Origin: Turneriella sp.
GTDB lineage: Bacteria; Spirochaetota; Leptospiria; Turneriellales; Turneriellaceae
Assembly (NCBI GenBank): GCA_965279515.1
Contig: CBDIID010000003.1
Location: forward strand, 1,088,001-1,152,000
DNA: 64,000 bases
Direction: 5' to 3'
Made by a program: the position numbers and the translations under genes. Below are positions 48,417-57,272 of the stretch, one piece after another. Below the pieces are notes generated by a model. The model was not told where the DNA came from. It did no database searches and saw nothing but the letters and a program-made list of their open reading frames with translations. The stretch's first letter is position 1. Every line of letters begins with the position of its first letter.

Positions 48417-50591
48417 TCAGCGGGCAGACAGCGTCCCCTGCCCCGTACCGCCAATGATTTCGCGCGGCTTAGAGCCAATCTGCGGCCCGATCATTGCGCG
48501 CGCTTCAAAGGCCTCGATAAGGCGAGCCGCCTTGTTGTAGCCGATTCTGAGCCTGCGCTGCAGGTAGCTTGCCGACGCCTTCTGGCTTTCGACAATAATC
48601 TGCCACGCTTCATCAAAGAGCTCCTCGTCGCCGTCTTCGAGCTCACCCATTTTCCCTTTCGGGTCTTCGAGCGTGATATAGACCGGCTTCGCCAGCTTTT
48701 TTGCATAGGCGACGACATCTTCGACCTCATTGTCTTCGATGAGCGGCACCTGCGCGCGAATCAGCTGTCCTTTGGACGGATGGCGGAACAGCATGTCGCC
48801 CTGACCCAATAATTGTTCTGCGCCGTTACCGTCGAGAATCGTGCGCGAATCTGTTTTTTGCGCTACCTGTAAGGCAATCCGTGCCGGGCAGTTCGCCTTG
48901 ATGAGGGCGGTGATGACGTCGACCGATGGGCGCTGCGTTGCGAGAATCAGGTGAATACCGACCGCGCGGGCCTTTTGCGCGAGGCGAATAATCGACGATT
49001 CGACTTCTTTACCGGCGACCATCATCAGGTCACCGAGCTCGTCGATGAGAATCACAATGTAAGGCATCACAGGGTAGTCGGATGTCCCCTTTTGCGCCTT
49101 TACCTTTTCGTTGAACGAACGGATATCGCGTGCGCGCATATCGGCGAGATCTTCGTAGCGGCGCTCCATCTCTTCGACGGCCCAGTTGAGCGCGAGAATC
49201 GCCTTATTCGGCTCGGTGATCACGGGGTGCAGCAGGTGCGGAATATCGTTATACGCCGAGAGCTCCACCAGCTTCGGGTCGACGAGCAGAAAGCGCACCT
49301 CTTCGGGCGTCTTGTTCATGATGAGGCTAGAGATAAAGGAATTCACAGCGACCGATTTTCCCGAACCCGTCGCTCCCGCGATGAGCAGGTGCGGCATGCG
49401 TGTCAGATCTTCGATCAGCAGATTACCGGCAATGTCGCGGCCCAAAGGCAACGGCAGCTGGCCGCCGAACTCTTTATAACCGGCGTCGTTGAGTACGTCG
49501 CCCAGCAGAACCTTGATGCGCTGTTTATTCGGAATTTCAATTCCCACGGTCGAGCGGCCCGGTATCGGCGCCTCGATGCGCACACGCATCGCCTCGAGTG
49601 CCATCGCCAGCTCATCGGTGAGTGCGAGAATACGGTTCACCTTGATACCCGCAGCCATCTTGAGTTCGTAGCGCGTGATGATCGGCCCGCGCTGAATGCC
49701 TACCACGTGGCCTTCGATCGAAAACTGCTCGAGCGTCTCTTCGAGCTTTTCGATGACACTCTGTGCCTCGGCGGGATTCGTAAACTCAAGCGCGCGCTTC
49801 TGTGTCTTGAGTAACGGAAATAATAACTCGCGCTGCCTGTTGATCGTCAATACGGGCGTTACGGAAGCGCGGTCGCCGCCTGTTACCGCGGTGGCGTTTT
49901 CAGCGGGTTTTTCTGCAATTTTCTCTACGGTTTTCTTTGGAACAATTTGCGGCTGAGCTGCTTTAGCGGGCACAGGTTCTAATTCGATATCGTCGAAGGT
50001 ATCATTTGTTTCCACACGGGATACAAAATCCCCGGCTGTCCGGATATTTTCTTTTGCAAGCGCCTCAATCGTTTCTTCGGGCGCCGACCAGGCACCCGGT
50101 GCGGGGCGGCCATGATCGTCGAATAAATTGTCGATATCAAATTCATCGCCACCGCCGTAATCTGCCGTGGAATGGGTGAGTTCATAGAGCCCTGTCGCGG
50201 CCACGACGCGGGGGGCAGCCGGGGCAACATATTCCACCGGCGCAGGGGTAACTTCCTGTTCTGCCGGTATGTAAGCATTCTTTTCGACTCTCGGTCTTTC
50301 CGTCGCCATGCCGCGCGGCGCTGCAGGTGCTTCCATGTCGAGGGGGGTCAGCTGGAAGGCAAAATCGCTCTCTTCACTCTGGCCCGCGACATGTGTGGGG
50401 CGTATTTCAGCCTCGGCCTGGCGCAGCGTCCTGAGCTTTTCACCGAGGCGGCTCTGCCACGCATCGTCGCCATTGCCCGTAGTATTCACCGGCGGCATAT
50501 CGACACGGATCTTCTGTATCCACGGCGGACGCATTTTAGGCGCTTCGGCTGATGCGCCGCCCGCAGGAGATGACTTGAGCCATTTGAGCAT
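48417..50591 (-). CDS. ftsK: FtsK/SpoIIIE DNA translocase
   Basis: Motifs PHLLIAGATGSGKS, IDELGDLM and ATQRPS; gamma domain LQRRLRIGYNKAARL. Confidence 0.93.
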   Translation of the reverse strand: MLKWLKSSPAGGASAEAPKMRPPWIQKIRVDMPPVNTTGNGDDAWQSRLGEKLRTLRQAEAEIRPTHVAGQSEESDFAFQLTPLDMEAPAAPRGMATERPRVEKNAYIPAEQEVTPAPVEYVAPAAPRVVAATGLYELTHSTADYGGGDEFDIDNLFDDHGRPAPGAWSAPEETIEALAKENIRTAGDFVSRVETNDTFDDIELEPVPAKAAQPQIVPKKTVEKIAEKPAENATAVTGGDRASVTPVLTINRQRELLFPLLKTQKRALEFTNPAEAQSVIEKLEETLEQFSIEGHVVGIQRGPIITRYELKMAAGIKVNRILALTDELAMALEAMRVRIEAPIPGRSTVGIEIPNKQRIKVLLGDVLNDAGYKEFGGQLPLPLGRDIAGNLLIEDLTRMPHLLIAGATGSGKSVAVNSFISSLIMNKTPEEVRFLLVDPKLVELSAYNDIPHLLHPVITEPNKAILALNWAVEEMERRYEDLADMRARDIRSFNEKVKAQKGTSDYPVMPYIVILIDELGDLMMVAGKEVESSIIRLAQKARAVGIHLILATQRPSVDVITALIKANCPARIALQVAQKTDSRTILDGNGAEQLLGQGDMLFRHPSKGQLIRAQVPLIEDNEVEDVVAYAKKLAKPVYITLEDPKGKMGELEDGDEELFDEAWQIIVESQKASASYLQRRLRIGYNKAARLIEAFEARAMIGPQIGSKPREIIGGTGQGTLSAR

Positions 50592-50721
50592 GTTTGGGCC
50601 GGGCCTGTATTGCTATTATCGACAACTGTGGAAATCTGCTAAACCGGTGTTTTTGGCCTAAATTCCGGTTTACGCGGCCGAAAGAAAACGGGATCTGAGG
50701 GTTCCGGGCATATTGTCTACG

Positions 50722-51504
50722 ATGTCTCACCCGATCAAAAAGAAGCCCCGATCTCTGTCGCTGGTCATACCCGTCTACAACGAAGAACGCCATTTATTGG
50801 AATTCCTGCGGGCCATAGATACGGTTAAATTCAAGGTCAGAAAAGAGCTGATTTTTATCAACGACGGCTCGAAAGACGCAACATCAGAGATTATACGCGC
50901 CCATAAGTTTAAATCCCCAACTCTGTTCATCGACGAAAAAGTTAATATGGGTAAGGGTGCGGCTATCCGTAAGGGTATAGCCGCGGCGAGCGGAGACATC
51001 ATCGGCATCCAGGACGCGGATTTCGAGTACCAGATCAGCGACATCCATAAAATTCTCGGCATGCTCGAGGACGGGCAATGCGATGTCGTCTATGGCTCGC
51101 GCTTCTCCAAACTCAATCCTCAGGTTCACCGTACCTTCCATTATCTGGTAAATCGCATTTTGACGATGGTTAGTAACATTTTTTCAGGTCTTTATGTGAG
51201 CGACATGGAAACATGCTACAAATTTTTTCGCCGCGAGATATTACAAAACATTCATCTGAAGTCGCGGCGTTTCGGCTTTGAACCTGAAATTACGGCGAAA
51301 ATCGCCCGCCTCAAAATACGCGTTAAAGAAACCCCCATATCCTATTTTCCCCGAAACTATATGGAGGGGAAAAAAATCACCTGGAAAGATGGAGTTGCCG
51401 CTCTCTGGCATCTGATCTATTTCAATTTTTTTGCCAGCAAAAGGAAGTTCTTCAAACCCGACATGCCATCCGCTTATTTAACGGAAAAAGCACAATGGCT
51501 TTAA
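50722..51504 (+). CDS. GT2 glycosyltransferase (DPM1/GtrB-like)
   Basis: Motifs VIPVYNE, NDGSKD, DADFEY and DMETCYK. Confidence 0.92.
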   Translation: MSHPIKKKPRSLSLVIPVYNEERHLLEFLRAIDTVKFKVRKELIFINDGSKDATSEIIRAHKFKSPTLFIDEKVNMGKGAAIRKGIAAASGDIIGIQDADFEYQISDIHKILGMLEDGQCDVVYGSRFSKLNPQVHRTFHYLVNRILTMVSNIFSGLYVSDMETCYKFFRREILQNIHLKSRRFGFEPEITAKIARLKIRVKETPISYFPRNYMEGKKITWKDGVAALWHLIYFNFFASKRKFFKPDMPSAYLTEKAQWL

Positions 51505-51506
51505 AA

Positions 51507-52847
51507 TCAGCTGAATCGGAAATACCGGTAGAACATGAAAACTTCGCTGTAAACCAGCACGGCGATATGTAAGGCAAAAGCTGCGGCAAAATAAAACCGC
51601 CCCCGCCACAAGCCCGCAAGCGCTAGAACCACAAAACCCACCGCCGGAAACATGTAGCGGCCCTGCATGCCGGAAATGATCTCCGCCCCGACCGGATTCC
51701 AGGAAAGATACAGAAACAGGTGTACTGAAAGCATACACAGCAGGGCCGCTGCCAGATATAAAATCCGTGCACGAGAAGTCAGAATGTTGCGAACACCATC
51801 AGAAAGCGTGACGTAGAAAAAAACCGCCAGCGAAAGAAAGGCAATATACCAAGGTATAAAGACGTCGAGCCAACCCAGCTGCGTCGTCAAACCCACGGGA
51901 ATGAATGGAAACTTTACTATCGCCGATTTCAGCCAGATTAATAAAAACTTTCCGGGATGGTGTGTTATGAAGGACATTTGTGCGACGGGATCCACGAAAT
52001 CGAGCATCTTGAAGTAATTGCGCTGGGTGAACCAGAATGCAACCACTGTAGAGACGATAAAAAGCAATCCACCGATCCAGAATAATTTCCTGTTAGCGGT
52101 GCGCTTTTCACCTTTTCCCCACAACAACAACAAGGCCAGCATGAGCGGTGCATAGGCAGCTTTAAGGAAGCCCGCGCAGAATACCAGAGCAGCAATCCAG
52201 ATACGTTCACGACTGCCTGCAAGCGGGTCGAGCATGTTTTTGGTAAGCATGACCGCTAAGAGCAGATATACCAGGTTGAGAAAATAATCGGCTGAGAACG
52301 ATGCGTGAATGAAAAGCGACATCGGCAGAGTCAGAAAAATGAGGAAAGATTTTTTTGCGATCGGCAATTCCGCCAGACAGAAACAGCCGACCAGAATATA
52401 GAGCGCCAGCATTAAGAGCCGGACGAGATAGTATTGCACCAAAAAATTACCGGTCAAAAACGCGACAGCCTTATAGGCGATCACCTGCGGCAAGTATGCC
52501 ACGGGAATATGGATGGCAGTATTATTGAAATCCAGAAAAATTTTCTTTTCCGGAACTGTCTTTGCCCCCTGCGCATTCTTCAGATCATTCCAGATCACTC
52601 CGGGGGTAATAGTGTTTTCGGGCCGTTTGGGTAGCTGCTCATAATGGCGCATAATCTCCAGAACTTGACTGGAGACAAAACCACCGGCGGCGGAGGCCTG
52701 TTTGACAGGAAAAAATCCCCCGCCGGCAATCTGCATCACCCGGTGTACATGGTTAAATTCATCGGGCACCTGGAACGGAGGTGAAGCGATGATGTTGGCA
52801 AGGCCGAAAAAAATGGCGACAATCAAAAAGAGACGCTTTTCAGACAT
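51507..52847 (-). CDS. DUF2142-like multi-TM protein (putative GT-C)
   Basis: Motifs PPFQVPDEFNH, YLPQ, GWLD and GMQGRY. Confidence 0.8.
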   Translation of the reverse strand: MSEKRLFLIVAIFFGLANIIASPPFQVPDEFNHVHRVMQIAGGGFFPVKQASAAGGFVSSQVLEIMRHYEQLPKRPENTITPGVIWNDLKNAQGAKTVPEKKIFLDFNNTAIHIPVAYLPQVIAYKAVAFLTGNFLVQYYLVRLLMLALYILVGCFCLAELPIAKKSFLIFLTLPMSLFIHASFSADYFLNLVYLLLAVMLTKNMLDPLAGSRERIWIAALVFCAGFLKAAYAPLMLALLLLWGKGEKRTANRKLFWIGGLLFIVSTVVAFWFTQRNYFKMLDFVDPVAQMSFITHHPGKFLLIWLKSAIVKFPFIPVGLTTQLGWLDVFIPWYIAFLSLAVFFYVTLSDGVRNILTSRARILYLAAALLCMLSVHLFLYLSWNPVGAEIISGMQGRYMFPAVGFVVLALAGLWRGRFYFAAAFALHIAVLVYSEVFMFYRYFRFS

Positions 52848-52864
52848 TGAGTTTTACGGACAAC

Positions 52865-52891
52865 GACTGCGGGATCGGAGATCCCGCAGTC
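52865..52891. repeat. Perfect 11-bp hairpin after rlpA
   Basis: gactgcgggat-cggag-atcccgcagtc; no U-tract. Confidence 0.6.
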
Positions 52892-52901
52892 CGAAGCAAA
52901 T

Positions 52902-53771
52902 TTAGCTGACTTTACCGCGGTACATGACCTCGACGCCGTCTTCGTTGAGCTTTTTAAGGAAGTCTTTTGCCTGTTTTCTCGACTTGAAATCGCCGATGCA
53001 GACAAAATGCCATTTGCCATTCGTGGCGATAAAGCTCTTCTGTGGGTAAGCTTCGAGAATTTCGTCACGGTGGCGTTCTGCATTCACCTTTTTCTTAAAC
53101 GCGCCGACCTGAACCGTGAAGCCTTTGGGCTTTTTGCCGTCGAGGAACTCGAGTTTCTCTTTGGCAGACTTGATTTTAGGATCCTGGCCATCATCTTCAC
53201 CGGACGCGATGCTCTCGCCTTCTACCGGTTCAATGATTTCTTCTTCGCCTTTCCCTTTTTTCGCTGCCTTTTTCTTGCCTTTTACGGGCCCACCGGCTTT
53301 CGCGAGGAAGTTATCCTCACCCACCTGTACGAGTTCGAGCTGAACCTTTGTGGTTCCTTTCTCGGCAAAGCCGAGTTCGCGCGCCGCGGCATAACTCACG
53401 TCCATGATGCGGCCTTCGACATACGGCCCGCGGTCGTTGACCTTGACCATCGCCTTCTTGCCGTTATCGACGTTTTTGACGAGCACCAGCGAATTCATCG
53501 GGAAATCGCGGTGTGCCGCTGTCATCTTGTTCATATCGAACATTTCGCCCGAAGCCGTGGGGCGTCCCTGCAGCTCTTTGCCATACCACGACGCATAACC
53601 TTCGCTCATCACCGCCTGTGTACGCTCTTCGGCGGGCATGCCGTCCTGCAGCACGGGATCATCACCCGTGGCCTTAGCCTGTTGGGCCGGGTCGGCAGAA
53701 CTGGTTTTTGCCTGCGGTGCGCGGCAGGCAATCAATGCGAAAAATGCCAGGAACAAAATGGAGACTTTCAT
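52902..53771 (-). CDS. rlpA: Septal ring lytic transglycosylase lipoprotein with SPOR domain
   Basis: Lipobox LIAC. Motifs ASWYG, TAAH and VNDRGP; QVGAF (SPOR). Confidence 0.93.
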   Translation of the reverse strand: MKVSILFLAFFALIACRAPQAKTSSADPAQQAKATGDDPVLQDGMPAEERTQAVMSEGYASWYGKELQGRPTASGEMFDMNKMTAAHRDFPMNSLVLVKNVDNGKKAMVKVNDRGPYVEGRIMDVSYAAARELGFAEKGTTKVQLELVQVGEDNFLAKAGGPVKGKKKAAKKGKGEEEIIEPVEGESIASGEDDGQDPKIKSAKEKLEFLDGKKPKGFTVQVGAFKKKVNAERHRDEILEAYPQKSFIATNGKWHFVCIGDFKSRKQAKDFLKKLNEDGVEVMYRGKVS

Positions 53772-53860
53772 ATTTCATTTTCGTATGTTTGAGGCGAAAC
53801 GCTTGAGTAATATTTTGTTTTCCGCGGGTGGCCCTGCCCTATGTTGCCGGCTCGGTAACG

Positions 53861-54589
53861 ATGAGGCGTTTCTTCTTTATAGTGGGATTTCTCCCTGCGG
53901 CAATCTATGGCAATGCCATGACAGACACGGAACATGTCGAGGCCAAGACGGCGCGCACCATGACCGCCCGCCTTGCGGCCGGCTACTCCTACTCTTATTT
54001 TGACGATACGGCGAGCCTCAGGCAAGATAATGCCCTGCTCTACAGCGACGGGGTCAATTCGGCGCGTGTCGGCAGCCAGATCGTCGGGGGCCTCGCCAAC
54101 ACCAAGGGCAAATTCAATGCTGTGCTCTCAGCGGGTTATGACCGTTACCTCTTGTCCTGGCTTGAGGCTTTCACGTTCACTACCTACGAATCCAATGTCA
54201 TCGCCTCTGTGCAGGGCAAGTTCATCACCGGTGCGGGGGCAAAAGTTGTGTTTGTGAAAACCCCGCAATTGTTGCTCGATTTCTCGCTGGCGCCGACCTA
54301 TGTGCAGACCGAATACACGAACCTGCCCCTACGTGAAGATTTCAGCCTCTCCGCGCGCGCGCGCATGCGCTGGCGTATTCTGGCTGGTCTCAATCTCGCA
54401 ATCCCCTACTTCATGGTCGTCGATGTGCGCGACACGCGCGACCAATGGCATTCGCTCGAGCCGGCACTCACCTATACTTTCGCCGAAAATGCCGATGTCA
54501 GCACAGGTTACCGCTACCGTTATAATGTGCTCAACCAGGCGTATGCGGGCACAATCTACCTGACGGTGGCCGCGCGGTTTAAGAATTAA
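53861..54589 (+). CDS. DUF481-like outer-membrane beta-barrel
   Basis: Signal peptide, amphipathic strands, GAGAK and SARAR. Confidence 0.6.
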   Translation: MRRFFFIVGFLPAAIYGNAMTDTEHVEAKTARTMTARLAAGYSYSYFDDTASLRQDNALLYSDGVNSARVGSQIVGGLANTKGKFNAVLSAGYDRYLLSWLEAFTFTTYESNVIASVQGKFITGAGAKVVFVKTPQLLLDFSLAPTYVQTEYTNLPLREDFSLSARARMRWRILAGLNLAIPYFMVVDVRDTRDQWHSLEPALTYTFAENADVSTGYRYRYNVLNQAYAGTIYLTVAARFKN

Positions 54590-55793
54590 GTTTTTCGATA
54601 AGTATCTTGGCCGCTTGTTTTGCCGGCTCAAACGCGGTCAGGCGCGCGGCGATTTTTTTGAGTTCTGCCTTTTGAGCAGCGCGGTATGCCGGATCATTTA
54701 GAATTTTCCCGAGTTCCGTGGCAATATTCTTTGCCGTCAGTTGGTATTGTAAATATTCAGGCACGATGAATTTTCCCGCAAGAACATTGACCATGCCGAT
54801 GTAGGGAATCCGTATAATGCCCTTGAAGATTGCATAAGATAACCAAGACGAGCGGTAGAGAATCAGGTGGGGCACGCCAAAAAGCGCACACTCGAGGGTG
54901 ACCGTACCTGAGCAGGCAATCGCCGCGGTCGCCGCACTCAAAACATAACGCGCACTGAAATCGGTGAGATAGGTATCCGGCGGCAAATCATAAGCAGAGA
55001 GCAGTTTATGAATTCTCTCATTCGCCGCTGGCAGCACGAATGTGAATCCCGTATTCTGTTTTTGAAACTCGCGTACGCCATCGAGAATGCGCTGCGTGTG
55101 GTGCTGTATCTCCGCAGGCCGCGAGCCGGGCATGATGGCGATAACGGGTCGTTTGTTCTTAAAGACGTCTTTCAACGACGGGGATGTCTTTAAGGGATTC
55201 CCGCTCCGCGCGATTTTGGCTTTAAAATCGGCGGTTTCAGCCGTGAGCGGGTGGCCAATATAGTGTGCCTCAACGCCGATCTGGCGGTAGATCTCCGGCT
55301 CAAAATCATAGAGGCAGAGTACGCGCTCGAAACGGTCGCGGATCTTAAATACACGGTTATACTTCCACGCCCAGACTGTCGGCGACACAATCATCGTCGA
55401 ACGGATACCGCGTTCTTTTAGCTTCTTGGCGAGCAGTATGTTAAAACCCGGAAAATCGATGAGCCAGGCTTCTTTTGTGCCGCTTTCCACAGCCTTTTCG
55501 ACCAGTTGTTTGACAATTTTACTCAGACGACGGTAGTTCTTCGCGGCCTCCCAAAAGCCGATGGTCGCGAGTTTTTCCGCCGGATAAAAAATGTCCATCC
55601 CCGCATCGGCCATGCGCTTGCCGCCGCAGCCCCAGAGCATAAGTTTCTGTTTTTTGAGAACTTCGCGCACGATCGCGCCGCCGAGAATATCGCCCGACTC
55701 TTCGCCGGCGACGACAAGCACGGGGGGGTTACGCGCTTTCTTCGATTTCGTATTCGCTGAAGAGGGTTTTTTGGTTCGAGTAGATCGCTTCAT
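54579..55793 (-). CDS. lpxB: Lipid-A-disaccharide synthase
   Basis: Motifs AGEESGD, IDFPGFN, SPTVWAW, PGSR and SGTVTLE. Confidence 0.94.
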   Translation of the reverse strand: MKRSTRTKKPSSANTKSKKARNPPVLVVAGEESGDILGGAIVREVLKKQKLMLWGCGGKRMADAGMDIFYPAEKLATIGFWEAAKNYRRLSKIVKQLVEKAVESGTKEAWLIDFPGFNILLAKKLKERGIRSTMIVSPTVWAWKYNRVFKIRDRFERVLCLYDFEPEIYRQIGVEAHYIGHPLTAETADFKAKIARSGNPLKTSPSLKDVFKNKRPVIAIMPGSRPAEIQHHTQRILDGVREFQKQNTGFTFVLPAANERIHKLLSAYDLPPDTYLTDFSARYVLSAATAAIACSGTVTLECALFGVPHLILYRSSWLSYAIFKGIIRIPYIGMVNVLAGKFIVPEYLQYQLTAKNIATELGKILNDPAYRAAQKAELKKIAARLTAFEPAKQAAKILIEKLNS

Positions 55794-57216
55794 TTTCCTC
55801 GAGGCGTACAGGGTATTTGCCATCGAAACAGGCAGTACAGTACGAAGCTTTTGCGGCATCTCCGCCTTCACCCCCTCCGGGGGTCTCTGCGGCGCCGCGC
55901 TGCATGCCTTCCTGTGAGAGATAGGCCAGCGAATCGACGCGCAGGTATTTGATGATTTCTTCGAGTGTATGTGTCGCGGCGATGAGTTCTGAATGCTGCG
56001 GAATATCGATGCCGTAATAACAGGGGTGCCGGGTCGGTGCGCTGGCGATGCGGATATGGATTTCTTTGGCCCCCGCATTACGCAGCATCTTGACGATTTT
56101 ACGCGTCGTTGTGCCGCGCATGATGCTGTCGTCGATGACGATCACACGCTTATCTTTCACGACCGAGCTAATAGCGTTGTATTTGATTTTGGCACCGAAG
56201 TCGCGGATTTTCTGGTCGGGCTCGATGAATGTGCGCCCGACATAGTGTGAGCGGATGAGGCCCATATGGTAAGGAATTCCGCTTTTTCTGGAATAGCCCA
56301 GCGCCGCCACGGACGACGAATCGGGCACGGGCATCACGAGGTCGGCGACGGCGGGCGATTCTTCGGCAAGAATTTCACCCATGCGCATGCGCGTATTGTA
56401 GACCGATTTACCGAAAACAAACGAATCGGGGCGCGCAAAGTAGACATATTCAAAGATACAGAGATTCTGTGCAGATTTACCAAACGGAAAAAGCGATGTC
56501 ATACCGCGCTCGGTGGCGATGACAAGCTCGCCGGGCTCAACGTCGCGCACATACGTCGCGTCGATAATATCGAGCGCACAGGTTTCGGAAGCAAAGACGA
56601 CACCGCCGTCCTTTTCGCCCATGACGAGCGGGCGAAAACCATTCGGGTCGCGCAGGGCATAGAGTGTATTGCCGGTTAGTAATACAAGAGAGTATGCGCC
56701 GCGGATCTGCTTCACCGCCTCAATCAGGGCGTCGGTAAAATTGTCGGCGCGCGACCGTGCAATGAGATGGCTGATGACTTCGGTGTCGATGGTTGTCTGG
56801 AAGAGCGACCCCAGATCTTCAAGACCCTTGCGGATCGTGGCGGCGTTCGTCAAATTGCCGTTATGCGCGAGCGCCATTGTGCCGAGGCGCGACTCGAACC
56901 GAATCGGTTGCGCGTTGCGTAAAAAACTTGCGCCGGTCGTCGAATAGCGGTTGTGCGCAATGGCGTGCCGGCCCGTGAGCTGTTTGATTTTCTGCGGCGT
57001 GAAGACATCCGCGACCTTGCCCATGCCGGCATAGCGGTAGAGGCGCTCGCCGTCAGAGCTGACAATGCCCGCGCTTTCCTGGCCGCGGTGCTGCAAGGCA
57101 TAAGCGCCGAGGTAGGCGTGGTTTGCTGCTTCTTCGACGTTGTACACGCCGACGATGCCGCATTCTTCTTTGGGATAGTAGCGGGAATGAGGGGGGCTCG
57201 CCTTTTTGTTGCTCAC
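55729..57216 (-). CDS. purF: Amidophosphoribosyltransferase
   Basis: Motifs EECGIVG, QHRGQ, VIDDSIMRGTT and CTACF. Confidence 0.97.
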   Translation of the reverse strand: MSNKKASPPHSRYYPKEECGIVGVYNVEEAANHAYLGAYALQHRGQESAGIVSSDGERLYRYAGMGKVADVFTPQKIKQLTGRHAIAHNRYSTTGASFLRNAQPIRFESRLGTMALAHNGNLTNAATIRKGLEDLGSLFQTTIDTEVISHLIARSRADNFTDALIEAVKQIRGAYSLVLLTGNTLYALRDPNGFRPLVMGEKDGGVVFASETCALDIIDATYVRDVEPGELVIATERGMTSLFPFGKSAQNLCIFEYVYFARPDSFVFGKSVYNTRMRMGEILAEESPAVADLVMPVPDSSSVAALGYSRKSGIPYHMGLIRSHYVGRTFIEPDQKIRDFGAKIKYNAISSVVKDKRVIVIDDSIMRGTTTRKIVKMLRNAGAKEIHIRIASAPTRHPCYYGIDIPQHSELIAATHTLEEIIKYLRVDSLAYLSQEGMQRGAAETPGGGEGGDAAKASYCTACFDGKYPVRLEENEAIYSNQKTLFSEYEIEESA

Positions 57217-57272
57217 CGTTGCTGGTAATATACCCGTTTTGACTCAGGTGGCAAAGAAAAATCGCAGTCCCG

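Noticed and set aside
50524..50561. Imperfect hairpin in the ftsK 5' end
   Set aside because: Bulged 5+5 bp GC stem with no second copy seen.
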